A DNA stretch of 64,000 bases from assembly GCA_019323015.1 (NCBI GenBank), contig JAHWHY010000004.1:10907-74906 (forward strand), in the 5' to 3' direction. Origin of the DNA: Candidatus Woesearchaeota archaeon. Lineage in GTDB: Archaea; Nanobdellota; Nanobdellia; Woesearchaeales; ARS49. Made by a program: the position numbers and the translations under genes. A model generated the notes under the pieces. That model did not search any database. It saw nothing but the letters and a program-made list of their open reading frames with translations, and was not told where the DNA came from. Below are positions 8,653-17,549 of this stretch, piece by piece (position 1 is the stretch's first letter; each line of letters opens with the position of its first letter).

Positions 8653-10101
8653 ATGAAAAAAGCAGTAATTTTGTTCGTGATATTTGTGATACTTTCTATT
8701 AATGCTGCTGCCTTGAAAATCGTCAACACGCATGCAGATGGAAAAAATCCAGTGATATACGGCAGCACTGTTGCTTTTGAGACAGCGGAATCAGATTTGG
8801 GAACAGACCTTAATAATGACGGCGACACAAATGATAAAGTAATCAGGTATTACAATGTGGATTCTGGGGACATATTCAACACAGAAATAGCAGGAAAAAA
8901 CCCGACGATATTTGCGCAATACATTGCATTTGAATCCTCTGAAAAAGACCAAAATGCAGACCTAAATGCAGACAATGACACTAATGACAACATAATATTA
9001 TATTACAGCCTGCGAGATAAAAAAGTAATAAGCACAACAGCAGAGGGAAAAACACCTTCCTTATTCGGGGATTACATTGCCTTCTCAACACCTGCAGAAA
9101 AAATAAGGGGAATAGACTATAATAACGACGGGGACCAGGAGGATGAGATAATCAAGCTGTACAAAATATCAACAAAAGAACTCACAAACACAAAAGCAGC
9201 AGGAATGAACCCTGCAGTATCTGACAAGTACATCATCTTTGAGACTCTTGAAAAAGATGAGGACAAGGACCTTAACAATGATGATGATAAAAACGACATA
9301 GTGCTACGGTATTATATAATGGAATCTGGAAAAACACTAAGCTCATTCACGCCAGGACAAAAGCCAAACATGAATGAAGAAAGCGTGGCAGTCTTCACAT
9401 CATATGATAATGGAGACTCAATATATTATTATTCTGTTGCAACAGAGGAACTTAAAAACACAGAAGTAAAAGGAAACACCCCTTCAATAACAAATAACTT
9501 AATATCCTTTATACAAGATGAAAAACTTGCAGTATACGACACTGACAAAAGCGCTTTTGCAGTGACAGACGTATATGGAGCCAACCCAACTGTTTTTGAA
9601 AACAAACTCGCGTTCTCAACAAATGAAGCACTTACAGGAGACCTGAACAATGACGGGGATTCAGCAGACTCTGTAATAAGAATAGTGATAGGAGAAGATC
9701 TTGACAATGATGGAGTCTATGATTTTGCAGACAACTGCCCTGATGAAACAAATGAAAACCAGACAGACAAAGACAGAGATGGAATAGGAGATGCTTGTGA
9801 TGAAGACACAAAAAAAGCGAAAGAGGCAGAGGAAACAAAAGAGAATACAGACGAGAAAGCAGCTGAGGAAGAAGCAAAACAAACAACATTACTTTCCGAA
9901 GATAAAGAGGAGACAAAAGCAGAAAAGACAAGCGAGCCAAAACCTTTGCCAGAGCCAAAATCATTCACAATGACAAAGAAAAAAGGCCCAGGATTTTTTA
10001 CATGGTTATTGATACTACTCGCTATACTTGCAGGAGCAGGATGTGTTATCTATGCAGCAATTTTCGGGCTGGGAAAGAGAAAAAGAAAGTTTAAGTTCTA
10101 A
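8653..10101 (+). CDS. Secreted repeat protein with thrombospondin type-3 (Ca-binding) repeats and a C-terminal membrane anchor
   Basis: N-terminal signal/TM. About six repeats of G(K)NP.I....IAFE..E.D...DLN.D.DTND.(V/I)IRYY. DNDGVYDFADNCPDETNENQTDKDRDGIGDACD. Acidic linker, C-terminal TM and a basic tail. Confidence 0.7.
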   Translation: MKKAVILFVIFVILSINAAALKIVNTHADGKNPVIYGSTVAFETAESDLGTDLNNDGDTNDKVIRYYNVDSGDIFNTEIAGKNPTIFAQYIAFESSEKDQNADLNADNDTNDNIILYYSLRDKKVISTTAEGKTPSLFGDYIAFSTPAEKIRGIDYNNDGDQEDEIIKLYKISTKELTNTKAAGMNPAVSDKYIIFETLEKDEDKDLNNDDDKNDIVLRYYIMESGKTLSSFTPGQKPNMNEESVAVFTSYDNGDSIYYYSVATEELKNTEVKGNTPSITNNLISFIQDEKLAVYDTDKSAFAVTDVYGANPTVFENKLAFSTNEALTGDLNNDGDSADSVIRIVIGEDLDNDGVYDFADNCPDETNENQTDKDRDGIGDACDEDTKKAKEAEETKENTDEKAAEEEAKQTTLLSEDKEETKAEKTSEPKPLPEPKSFTMTKKKGPGFFTWLLILLAILAGAGCVIYAAIFGLGKRKRKFKF

Positions 10102-10187
10102 TGGGTAGTTGGTAGCGGGTGGTTGTTGGTTGCCGAATATTAAATTTCCGAATAACTACAAACCACAAACTAAAAACTAACAACCTG
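10102..10187. repeat. Second copy of the G/T-arm / A/C-arm inverted-repeat element
   Basis: TGGGTAGTTGGTAGCGGGTGGTTGTTGGTTGCC ... AATAACTACAAACCACAAACTAAAAACTAACAACC. Lies immediately after the stop of the 8653-10101 gene. Confidence 0.6.
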
Positions 10188-10193
10188 CGTTTT

Positions 10194-10209
10194 AGAAAGC
10201 TTTAAATAT
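10194..10209 (+). promoter_or_regulatory. BRE/TATA promoter (AGAAAGCTTTAAATAT) for the Sm-rpl37e pair
   Basis: Matches the recurrent window motif CGAAAGnTTTAWAWA, 54 nt upstream of the Sm start codon. Confidence 0.5.
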
Positions 10210-10262
10210 GGAGTGCTCATTTTTAAGAATAATTGTTTTAAATTTTTAGAGGGGTGCAATAA

Positions 10263-10487
10263 ATGGTTGAAGCAAGACCTTTGGATGCCTTAAACAGGGC
10301 AAAAGACAAAAAAGTAATAGTAGACTTAAAGAATCAAAGACAGTACATTGGAATACTAAAAGCGTTTGACATTCACATAAACGTTGTTCTAGATGACACT
10401 GAAGAAAGAATAGAGGGCGAAGTGAAAAGGAAATTAGGAACTGTCTTCATAAGAGGAGACACGATAATCCTGATATCTCCTGCATAA
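10263..10487 (+). CDS. Sm-like (LSm/SmAP) RNA-binding protein
   Basis: Sm1/Sm2 motifs: [28 protein letters not shown] ... [13 protein letters not shown]. Confidence 0.9.
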   Translation: MVEARPLDALNRAKDKKVIVDLKNQRQYIGILKAFDIHINVVLDDTEERIEGEVKRKLGTVFIRGDTIILISPA

Positions 10488-10497
10488 GAACACTAAA

Positions 10498-10665
10498 ATG
10501 ACAAAAGGAACACCTTCAAAAGGAAAGCAATCCAAAGGCAGATCACACATAATCTGCAGAAGGTGCGGAAAGCATTCTTATCACGTCAGCAAAAAAAAAT
10601 GCGCCAGCTGCGGCTTTGGCAACAGTTCAAAGCTAAGGTCGTACAAATGGCAGAAGAAAGCATAA
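10498..10665 (+). CDS. rpl37e: 50S ribosomal protein L37e (55 aa; below the ORF-track length cutoff)
   Basis: My translation: [55 protein letters not shown]. It has the C4 zinc ribbon and MTKGT N-terminus typical of eL37. The Sm-L37e linkage is conserved in archaea. Confidence 0.85.
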   Translation: MTKGTPSKGKQSKGRSHIICRRCGKHSYHVSKKKCASCGFGNSSKLRSYKWQKKA

Positions 10666-10849
10666 AGCTTTCTAATTCTTTTGTTTTTCTTTTAATATTT
10701 CTTGATATTTTATCTTAATTAATTAACAAGCAGTAAGGGTTTCAAAGTTTTAGATTACTAGCTGGGTCCTTCGGACAGTTAGTTTTATATATGCGTGGCT
10801 TTTGCTTTCTTTTTATCGTTTGTATTGTTTTATACAAGCGATTGCATAT

Positions 10850-10862
10850 GCGGGGTTGCCGG
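10850..10862 (+). repeat. 13-nt exact copy of the tRNA-Leu(UAG) 5' end (GCGGGGTTGCCGG), 64 nt upstream of the tRNA body
   Basis: Identical to 10914-10926. The intervening 51 nt contains CCCCGC(G), which is complementary to both copies, plus a CTGAAC/GTTCAG hairpin. Confidence 0.7.
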
Positions 10863-10913
10863 CAAATCTGAACAAGTTCAGAAAGCCGTCATCCCCGCGT
10901 TCGCTGCGCTCAC

Positions 10914-11144
10914 GCGGGGTTGCCGGAGTGGCCAAACGGGTCAGGCTTAGGCAAGTTGTTTTTCAGGTATGCTGAGTCCAGAAATGGGCGATGACTTGAA
11001 GACACCTGATGGCTTAGTGCCTACGCAGGTTCGAATGTGAGGGACTGCACCCTACACGTACTGGCGTACGGTCAGGTGCTCCTGGCGGAGACCTGACGGG
11101 ACATGTGATCATGTGATCTCTCATCGAAAGTCCTGCACCCCGCA
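10914..11144 (+). tRNA. tRNA-Leu(UAG), class II, with two introns (canonical 37/38, 10952-11003; T-loop 59/60 region, about 11037-11131); the 5' exon could instead start at 10850
   Basis: Hand fold: acceptor GCGGGGT/ACCCCGC, discriminator A, anticodon stem TCAGG/CCTGA, loop CTTAGG..A, long variable arm, T arm GCAGG-TTCGAAT-[95 nt]-CCTGC. Spliced length is 84 nt. Confidence 0.75.
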
Positions 11145-11322
11145 TCATTTTTACTTGATTTATAAAGAAAAGAGGGGGTATTTATAAAGCAAAAATGAAT
11201 TTTAGCGGTTTTTGTGCATTAGATTTTATCATCATTTCTGAGTGGCAACAGCCCAAACACCATAATTTTAAGGGCTTGAAGGGTGCTTGGGAGGCAAACC
11301 TGTCGCAATTATCCCGACTTTT

Positions 11323-11340
11323 AGAAAAGTTTATAAATAA
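11323..11340 (+). promoter_or_regulatory. BRE/TATA promoter candidate (AGAAAAGTTTATAAATAA) for the S-layer gene, implying a ~160-nt structured leader
   Basis: Matches the window promoter consensus. The downstream leader contains hairpins ACACATA/TATGTGT and CTTTAC/GTAAAG, with SD GGAGGTG before the ATG at 11523. Confidence 0.45.
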
Positions 11341-11522
11341 AACTTTATCCTTTCAACAAATATGGCTAGTAATGATACTCTCTTGCTAGCCAAGAAAAAG
11401 AGGACACATAGCGAGGTTTATGTGTTCTGATATCGTGTGGAGACAAAATTGTTTTTACACAAAAACGCAAGATCTTTACATGGCGTAAAGATAGCCAAAA
11501 AAAACACGGAGGTGTTTGAATA

Positions 11523-14189
11523 ATGAACATAAAGAAAATCGTTGCTTTGGGCGTCGGTTTGACGATGGTTGGAGCGACAGTGTTCGGTGCTTCAGCGTGG
11601 AGCTTAGCTGATTATCCAGCACCATTTGTCAAGGATGGATTACCAGACCCTAACTTGGCAATAGTAATTGGAGATCAGGCAGACGGCTCAGACGTTGTTG
11701 GAGCTATGGACGTGCAGGGTAACTTGCAGCAAGAAGCAAAAGTTGTTGTAAAGACAACCACACCAGCAGTTGGTGGAGTTGTAGTTACTGGAGACGCAGC
11801 AGAGGTAGGCAGTACATCTGACCTGCTTGAGATAAACGAAACAATTGGTGATGTTAGAGAAACATTTACAGAAGTTGACTTGGACATGCTTAAGGGCGGT
11901 CAGATAGTCACAAACAGGGGAAGCACAGAGTATAACCAGTACTTGAGATTCCCTGTGCTGACTGCAGGAGTATACCCGCCAAGCGGAGCTGTTATATTTG
12001 ATGAAGATGAGAGAGACAAGGTAGGACACTACTTATACTGGAGAGCAAACAGGCAGTTATACCAATGGGAGCTAGAGTTTGAAGAAGGACTAAGATCCAG
12101 AATTTCTCCAGCTACACTAGCAGCACCAGGCCCATATGACCTGGAAGACCTTGAAGACAAGGACTTGTTCATGCTAGGACAGCCATTTGTAGTAGTAGAC
12201 ACTGACTTGTTCACGCCAGTTGCTCCAAATAACTTGACATCATTGACAATAGACTTGATGGGCGGAGCAGTAGCAGGAATCCTTGGAGAGAATGACAAAG
12301 AAACATATGTTGTAGACGGCAAAGAGTATGAAGTAGAAGTCTTGGTTATCTCAGAAACATCTGCAAATGGAGAAGGCTCTGTAAAATTCAGAGTAAACGG
12401 CGAAATCACCAGCGAATTAAGAGATGGTGAAACAGATGTTCTTGCAGATGGAACCCAAATTGGTATCAGAGACATCTTGGCAACTGGAAAAGACATCCAA
12501 AAATCCATTGTACAGTTCTACATTGGAGCATACAAGGTGTCTTTCACAGACAGAAACACAACAGATACTTTGTTTGAGCAGTCTGGAACAGAAGTAAATG
12601 AAGAGACAATTGAAGACTCTAACATAAGCATCAGAGGATCTCTTACAGGATTTGGAAACGAGTACGAGTTAACAAGCGTCAGATACAACCTACAGGCAGA
12701 TGCAGTTCTAGGAGACGTTTACATACCACCAGGAACAGGCTTGAGAGAACAATTGGATGAGCCAGAAGGCATGCTTACACCATTCTGGGACATCAGATAC
12801 GAAGGCCTGATGGACACTGGAGTAACAATAGTAAGATGGGATGCAAGAGGAAGCAGAGAATATGACCTAGAGTTCACAAACCAGGAAGGAATAATGTATG
12901 ACACACCATTAATCAGCAACAAAGGAGCAAACTTCTACTGGGGAGATGATGACGACAGACTATGGTTCACAGAAGGTTCAAATAACGCAACACCAACCTC
13001 CTGGCCAATAGCAAGAAGAGACTACTTTATACTAAGCGATTGCCTGGTAACACCATACAACACGGCAATAGCAGGAAACAATGACAACACATGTTTCACA
13101 CACGTATTGAGATACAACAGCATCGATACAGCAAACAGAAGACTGACCTTTACAGACTTAGCAACAGGAACACGAGAAACAACATATGATGCAATAACTT
13201 GTCAAGCAAACCTTGTTGTAGGCGGAGTAACTTACTTAGTTGAAGTTGACCCAACAGGAGCAGCATGTGGGGCAACAACAACAGATTTGGTAATTGACTT
13301 GAACGCAAACGCAGTTGCTGGAGCACAATTCACAAGAGGAGAGCAAGTACTTGTTGCATTGCAAGGCGAAGGATTACTGCACTTTAACACATCAGAGTGT
13401 GTAAGAGGAGCAGCAAACAGGCCAAGTGCAGGTGTACCAACATGGGATTGGTTAAACTGTACAGTCAACAACACAAACGCTACGATGGAACTGATAACAC
13501 TGGCTAAAGAGTTTGACGAAGCACAGTTTGACGAGAGTGTCAATGTAACTATTGAAGCAAGAGCAAACAATAGAATTGGCTTGAAAGGAAACACTCCATC
13601 TGGAATAACAGACTTGGTTTGGAGAAGAACCACTTTCTTTGGTCCATTTGACCTGGAAGAAAACGAAGACCTAGAGCATGCAATGACTGGATACGGAGTA
13701 TTCCTAGAAGTCTACAGGCCACAGTCTAGTACACAGGCAGAAGACTTGACAGCTGAATACCCACTGAGCCAGAGAGGCGCTAGAGTATTCGTGACAGGTG
13801 GACAGGTAAGTGTAGCAGATGTAGTTGGCGGCGGAACTTCAGAACAGATCCAGCCAATCCAACTAGGAACTGCAAAGCTAGCAAGCGAGATTGCAGACAT
13901 TACACAATGGAACGCAATCGTCGTAGGCGGACCATGTGCAAACCCAATAGCAGCACAGTTGATGGGCAACCCAGATCCATGCTGGGAATCAATCCCTGAA
14001 AACAAGGCTATTGTTAAGTTGTACACACACGCAAACGGCAGAGTCGCATTGCTTGTTGCAGGACGAACTGCTAAGAATACCAGACAAGGCTGCCGTGCAG
14101 TAGCAACTGGACAAGTAACCAGTGTAGCTGGCACAAGCGCAATGGTATCTGGTACAAGCCTAACAGACACAACAGTTACAGAAATGTAA
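11523..14189 (+). CDS. S-layer protein
   Basis: Signal peptide followed by WSLADYPAPFVKDG...AIVIGDQADGSDVVGAMDV, the N-terminal signature of archaeal (Methanococcales-type) S-layer proteins. Large, Thr/Asn/Gly-rich, strong SD, long leader. Confidence 0.8.
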   Translation: MNIKKIVALGVGLTMVGATVFGASAWSLADYPAPFVKDGLPDPNLAIVIGDQADGSDVVGAMDVQGNLQQEAKVVVKTTTPAVGGVVVTGDAAEVGSTSDLLEINETIGDVRETFTEVDLDMLKGGQIVTNRGSTEYNQYLRFPVLTAGVYPPSGAVIFDEDERDKVGHYLYWRANRQLYQWELEFEEGLRSRISPATLAAPGPYDLEDLEDKDLFMLGQPFVVVDTDLFTPVAPNNLTSLTIDLMGGAVAGILGENDKETYVVDGKEYEVEVLVISETSANGEGSVKFRVNGEITSELRDGETDVLADGTQIGIRDILATGKDIQKSIVQFYIGAYKVSFTDRNTTDTLFEQSGTEVNEETIEDSNISIRGSLTGFGNEYELTSVRYNLQADAVLGDVYIPPGTGLREQLDEPEGMLTPFWDIRYEGLMDTGVTIVRWDARGSREYDLEFTNQEGIMYDTPLISNKGANFYWGDDDDRLWFTEGSNNATPTSWPIARRDYFILSDCLVTPYNTAIAGNNDNTCFTHVLRYNSIDTANRRLTFTDLATGTRETTYDAITCQANLVVGGVTYLVEVDPTGAACGATTTDLVIDLNANAVAGAQFTRGEQVLVALQGEGLLHFNTSECVRGAANRPSAGVPTWDWLNCTVNNTNATMELITLAKEFDEAQFDESVNVTIEARANNRIGLKGNTPSGITDLVWRRTTFFGPFDLEENEDLEHAMTGYGVFLEVYRPQSSTQAEDLTAEYPLSQRGARVFVTGGQVSVADVVGGGTSEQIQPIQLGTAKLASEIADITQWNAIVVGGPCANPIAAQLMGNPDPCWESIPENKAIVKLYTHANGRVALLVAGRTAKNTRQGCRAVATGQVTSVAGTSAMVSGTSLTDTTVTEM

Positions 14190-14202
14190 ATTCTGTAATT
14201 AA

Positions 14203-14220
14203 TTTTTTTTCTTTTCTTTT
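14203..14220 (+). terminator. Oligo-T terminator after the S-layer gene
   Basis: TTTTTTTTCTTTTCTTTT directly downstream of the stop codon. Oligo-T tracts are the archaeal termination signal. Confidence 0.5.
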
Positions 14221-14332
14221 GAATTCTTATTTTATATCACAGTCCTGTTATCGCAAGTGCAAACCTTGGCATTTGTTTTCAAACTATATAGTGAATTTCG
14301 TTAAGCATACAAAATTTGCGATATTCGCTAAA

Positions 14333-14352
14333 TAGCAAATTAAAATTTGCTA
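14333..14352. promoter_or_regulatory. 20-bp perfect palindrome TAGCAAATT-AA-AATTTGCTA overlapping the TATA region of the 14376 gene
   Basis: Read directly from the sequence; 24 nt upstream of the ATG and adjacent to GCTATAAAAAC. Confidence 0.35.
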
Positions 14353-14375
14353 TAAAAACAAAAGAGGTGAAATAA

Positions 14376-15044
14376 ATGGGAATACTAACTGAACTAGGAG
14401 TGTCAGTTCTAGAGCCTTTAAGGAGCATCTGGAATGGAATAATCCAAACTGTTCCAGGAATAGTTGCTGCAATAATTCTGCTGATTATCGGCTATATAGT
14501 GGCATTGATCATCGCATACATAGTTGATCAAGTGCTGGAGAGAATAAAATTTGACAAATGGGTGCTTGACAAGACCCATGCAGCAAAAACCTTTGGCAAA
14601 TTTAGGCTAGGCAAATTCTTGGCCCTGATAACAAAATGGTATGTATTCATACTATTCCTGCCACCAGCAGCAGCACTAGTACGACTAGGTTCGCTATCTA
14701 ACTTCCTGATGGCAGTAGCAATGTGGATACCAAACGTAATTGTTGCAGTAATCCTTGCAATGATCGGCGTGGCATTCGCGTTCTACATAGACAACAAGAT
14801 AACAGAAACCAAAATAAAAGCAGCAAGCATACTAGCAATGATTGCAAAGATAATAATCTATGTCTTTACATTGCTGATAGTGCTTGACCAAGTCGGAATA
14901 CAAGTAGCAGTTGCACAGACAAGCTTCTTGATAATCCTAGCAGGAGTGATGCTTGCAGTAGCAATGGTTATTGGAATTGGATTTGGACTTGCTTTCAGAG
15001 ACGAAGCAAAAGGCATAATAAAACAAGTAAAGAAGAAGTTATAA
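14376..15044 (+). CDS. Polytopic membrane protein (conserved-TM-helix repeat, MscS-N-terminal-like)
   Basis: Four to five hydrophobic helices with repeated IIxLIIGYIVA-type segments, and a short basic C-terminus. Confidence 0.55.
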   Translation: MGILTELGVSVLEPLRSIWNGIIQTVPGIVAAIILLIIGYIVALIIAYIVDQVLERIKFDKWVLDKTHAAKTFGKFRLGKFLALITKWYVFILFLPPAAALVRLGSLSNFLMAVAMWIPNVIVAVILAMIGVAFAFYIDNKITETKIKAASILAMIAKIIIYVFTLLIVLDQVGIQVAVAQTSFLIILAGVMLAVAMVIGIGFGLAFRDEAKGIIKQVKKKL

Positions 15045-15127
15045 ACTTCTTTTTTCTTTTCTTATTCTTTTATTCTTTAGAAACATTTAAAAATAATGTA
15101 TAATCCTAGCTTTCTGAGGTTGATAAT

Positions 15128-15355
15128 ATGGCAAAAGTAGTACATGAAAGATGGAAATGCATCATGTGCGGAGCTTGCGCAAATGTCTGTCCGGAGTTTT
15201 GGGAGATGGCAGATGATGGCAAGGCAAAGCTAAAAGGTGCGTCATACAAAAAAACAGATGAAGGAGAACTAGGAGAGCTAAACGTAGATGATGCAAAATG
15301 CAACAAAGAGGCAGAATCTGGCTGTCCTGCACAATGCATTCATGTAAAAGAGTGA
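15128..15355 (+). CDS. Single-cluster ferredoxin
   Basis: CIMCGACANVCP plus a distal CPAQCI; 75 aa, Pyrococcus-type ferredoxin layout. Confidence 0.75.
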   Translation: MAKVVHERWKCIMCGACANVCPEFWEMADDGKAKLKGASYKKTDEGELGELNVDDAKCNKEAESGCPAQCIHVKE

Positions 15356-15466
15356 AAAACTATTTCTATTCTTATTTTATTTTTTGTATAGAAAATAATT
15401 ATTTTTAAGAAAAATTTATAAGAAACAGGTTATTTGATTCTAAAAAAGAGGCGGTTTTGGGGTCAA

Positions 15467-17548
15467 ATGCTTAAAATAGCCAAGATAAAGAAGAGAGATG
15501 GTTCCTTAGCAGACTTTAAGCCAGAAAAGATCACAGAGGTCCTTGAAAAAGCTATTTCTGATGCAAAAATAAAAGATGGCAGGCTGGCAAAGAAACTTAC
15601 AGGACAGATAGTCAAGACGATGGAGAGTGCATTTGGGACAAAATTAATGCCCAGAACACAAGATGTAGAAGATGTCTTGCTAAATACGCTTAGTGCAAAC
15701 AAGAAATTAACACCAATTGCAGATGCTTATACTGCTTATAAAAAAGAGCACAAGGAGAGTATCGGCTTTAGGACAGTTCATGGAGTTCGGGATGATATCG
15801 GCCTGAGCCAAAATGCAATAAAAGTGCTTGCAAAAAGATATTTGCTTAGAAATGACCAAGGCAAAATAATCGAGACGCCTGCGCGAATGTTCCAACGAGT
15901 TGCAAAGACTGTTGCGCAGGCAGAGACAAACTACAAAAAAAGCACATCAAAAGCTGAAAAAGAATTTTATGAAGTTCTATCTAGATTAGAGTTTTTGCCA
16001 AATTCTCCAACACTAATGAATGCAGGAACAGATATCGGACAATTAGCTGCATGCTTTGTTCTCCCTGTAGAAGACTCTATACGCAGTATTTTTCGCGCTG
16101 TTGAAAACATGGCAATAATACACCAGACTGGAGGGGGGACTGGATTTAGTTTTTCTAAAATAAGACCAAAATATGACATTGTCAAGACAACCAAAGGAAA
16201 AGCATCAGGACCAATATCATTCATGACAGTATTTGACAAGACAACTGAAGTGATAAAACAAGGAGGCAAAAGAAGAGGCGCAAACATGGGAATACTTCAT
16301 GTAAGCCACCCAGACATTGTTGAATTCATAAACTCAAAAACAGAAGAAGGCATGCTGAAAAATTTCAATATATCTGTTGCAGTAACTGAAGATTTCATGG
16401 AAGCAGTAAATAAGAATAAAGAGTTCTGGCTAATCAATCCACGCACAAAACAAAAAATAAAAATGGTGAGCGCCAAAATAATATTTGAACTGCTCACAAA
16501 AGCAGCATGGGACCACGGCGATCCAGGAATTATTTTTATCGACGAGATAAACGAGAAAAATCCAACACCGCAGGCAGGCGTGATTGAAAGCACAAATCCT
16601 TGCGGTGAGCAGCCATTGCTTCCTTATGAAAGCTGCAACCTCGGCTCTATAAATCTTTCTAAGATGGTGCGCAACAGCAAACCAGACTGGACAAAATTGA
16701 AAAAAACAGTACGCGCTGCTGTTCATTTTCTAGACAATGTAATTGATGTTAACAAATTTCCAATATCTGAAATAGAGGAGAAAACAAAAGCAAACAGAAA
16801 AATAGGCCTTGGTGTGATGGGATTTGCAGACATGCTTGTCAAGCTGAAAATGCCTTATGATTCTGAAAAAGCAATACAATTTGCAGAAAAGCTGATGAAA
16901 TTTATTACAGCCGAAGCAAGGAAGAAGTCTGAGGAACTGGGAAAGGAAAGAGGAAATTTTCCGAACTTTGAAAAAAGTGTTTATGCTAAAAAACACAAAA
17001 ACATGCGAAATGCGACAGTCACGACCCTTGCACCGACAGGAAGCATAAGCATATTTGCAGATACGACATCAGGCATAGAGCCATTTTTTGCAATAACTTA
17101 TGTTCGCGAGATTCTGGACCACACTTCCATGCTAGAAGTGAACAAATTATTTGAGGAAGTTGCGCAGCAGAGAGGATTTTACACAAAAGACCTTTTTGCC
17201 AAAATAGCCAAAGAAGGAAGCGTGCAAAAAGTGAAAGGAATTCCAGGCGATATCAAAAAAATATTCAAGACAGCACTAGAGATAAAGCCAGAATGGCATG
17301 TCAAGATGCAGGCAGCGTTTCAGAAGTATACTGATAATGCTGTCAGCAAAACAGTAAATCTGTCAGAAGATGCAAAACCAGAAGATGTTCAGAAAGTATA
17401 TCTGCTTGCTCACAAACTAAAATGCAAAGGATTAACAGTGTATAGGTATGGATCAAAAAAAGAGCAAGTACTTTACATTGGCAAGGAAAGCTTTAGAAAA
17501 GCAGAAGAATATGCAGGATCCTGCCCGCACAGAACCTGCGAGTACTAA
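15467..17548 (+). CDS. nrdJ: Class II (adenosylcobalamin-dependent) ribonucleoside-triphosphate/diphosphate reductase with N-terminal ATP-cone
   Basis: ATP-cone KIKKRDGSLADF. Class II active-site block NPCGEQPLLPYESCNLGSINL, plus TLAPTGSIS. ATG at 15467 is preferred over the TTG at 15434. Confidence 0.85.
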   Translation: MLKIAKIKKRDGSLADFKPEKITEVLEKAISDAKIKDGRLAKKLTGQIVKTMESAFGTKLMPRTQDVEDVLLNTLSANKKLTPIADAYTAYKKEHKESIGFRTVHGVRDDIGLSQNAIKVLAKRYLLRNDQGKIIETPARMFQRVAKTVAQAETNYKKSTSKAEKEFYEVLSRLEFLPNSPTLMNAGTDIGQLAACFVLPVEDSIRSIFRAVENMAIIHQTGGGTGFSFSKIRPKYDIVKTTKGKASGPISFMTVFDKTTEVIKQGGKRRGANMGILHVSHPDIVEFINSKTEEGMLKNFNISVAVTEDFMEAVNKNKEFWLINPRTKQKIKMVSAKIIFELLTKAAWDHGDPGIIFIDEINEKNPTPQAGVIESTNPCGEQPLLPYESCNLGSINLSKMVRNSKPDWTKLKKTVRAAVHFLDNVIDVNKFPISEIEEKTKANRKIGLGVMGFADMLVKLKMPYDSEKAIQFAEKLMKFITAEARKKSEELGKERGNFPNFEKSVYAKKHKNMRNATVTTLAPTGSISIFADTTSGIEPFFAITYVREILDHTSMLEVNKLFEEVAQQRGFYTKDLFAKIAKEGSVQKVKGIPGDIKKIFKTALEIKPEWHVKMQAAFQKYTDNAVSKTVNLSEDAKPEDVQKVYLLAHKLKCKGLTVYRYGSKKEQVLYIGKESFRKAEEYAGSCPHRTCEY

Positions 17549-17549
17549 A

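Noticed and set aside
11213-11240. Possible C/D-box sRNA (AATGATGA on the minus strand, CTGA on the plus strand) downstream of tRNA-Leu.
   Set aside because: The C-like and D-like boxes are on opposite strands or lack a correctly spaced partner box and terminal stem.
11195-11389. 64-aa ORF between tRNA-Leu and the S-layer gene.
   Set aside because: It has no SD and an odd composition, and it spans the predicted S-layer promoter (11323-11340). It is more likely leader or promoter sequence.
17448-17549. Upstream extension of the cobO ORF overlapping the end of nrdJ.
   Set aside because: CobO homology (P-loop GNGWGKTT) starts right after the ATG at 17550, and the extension is just the alternative frame of the nrdJ 3' end.
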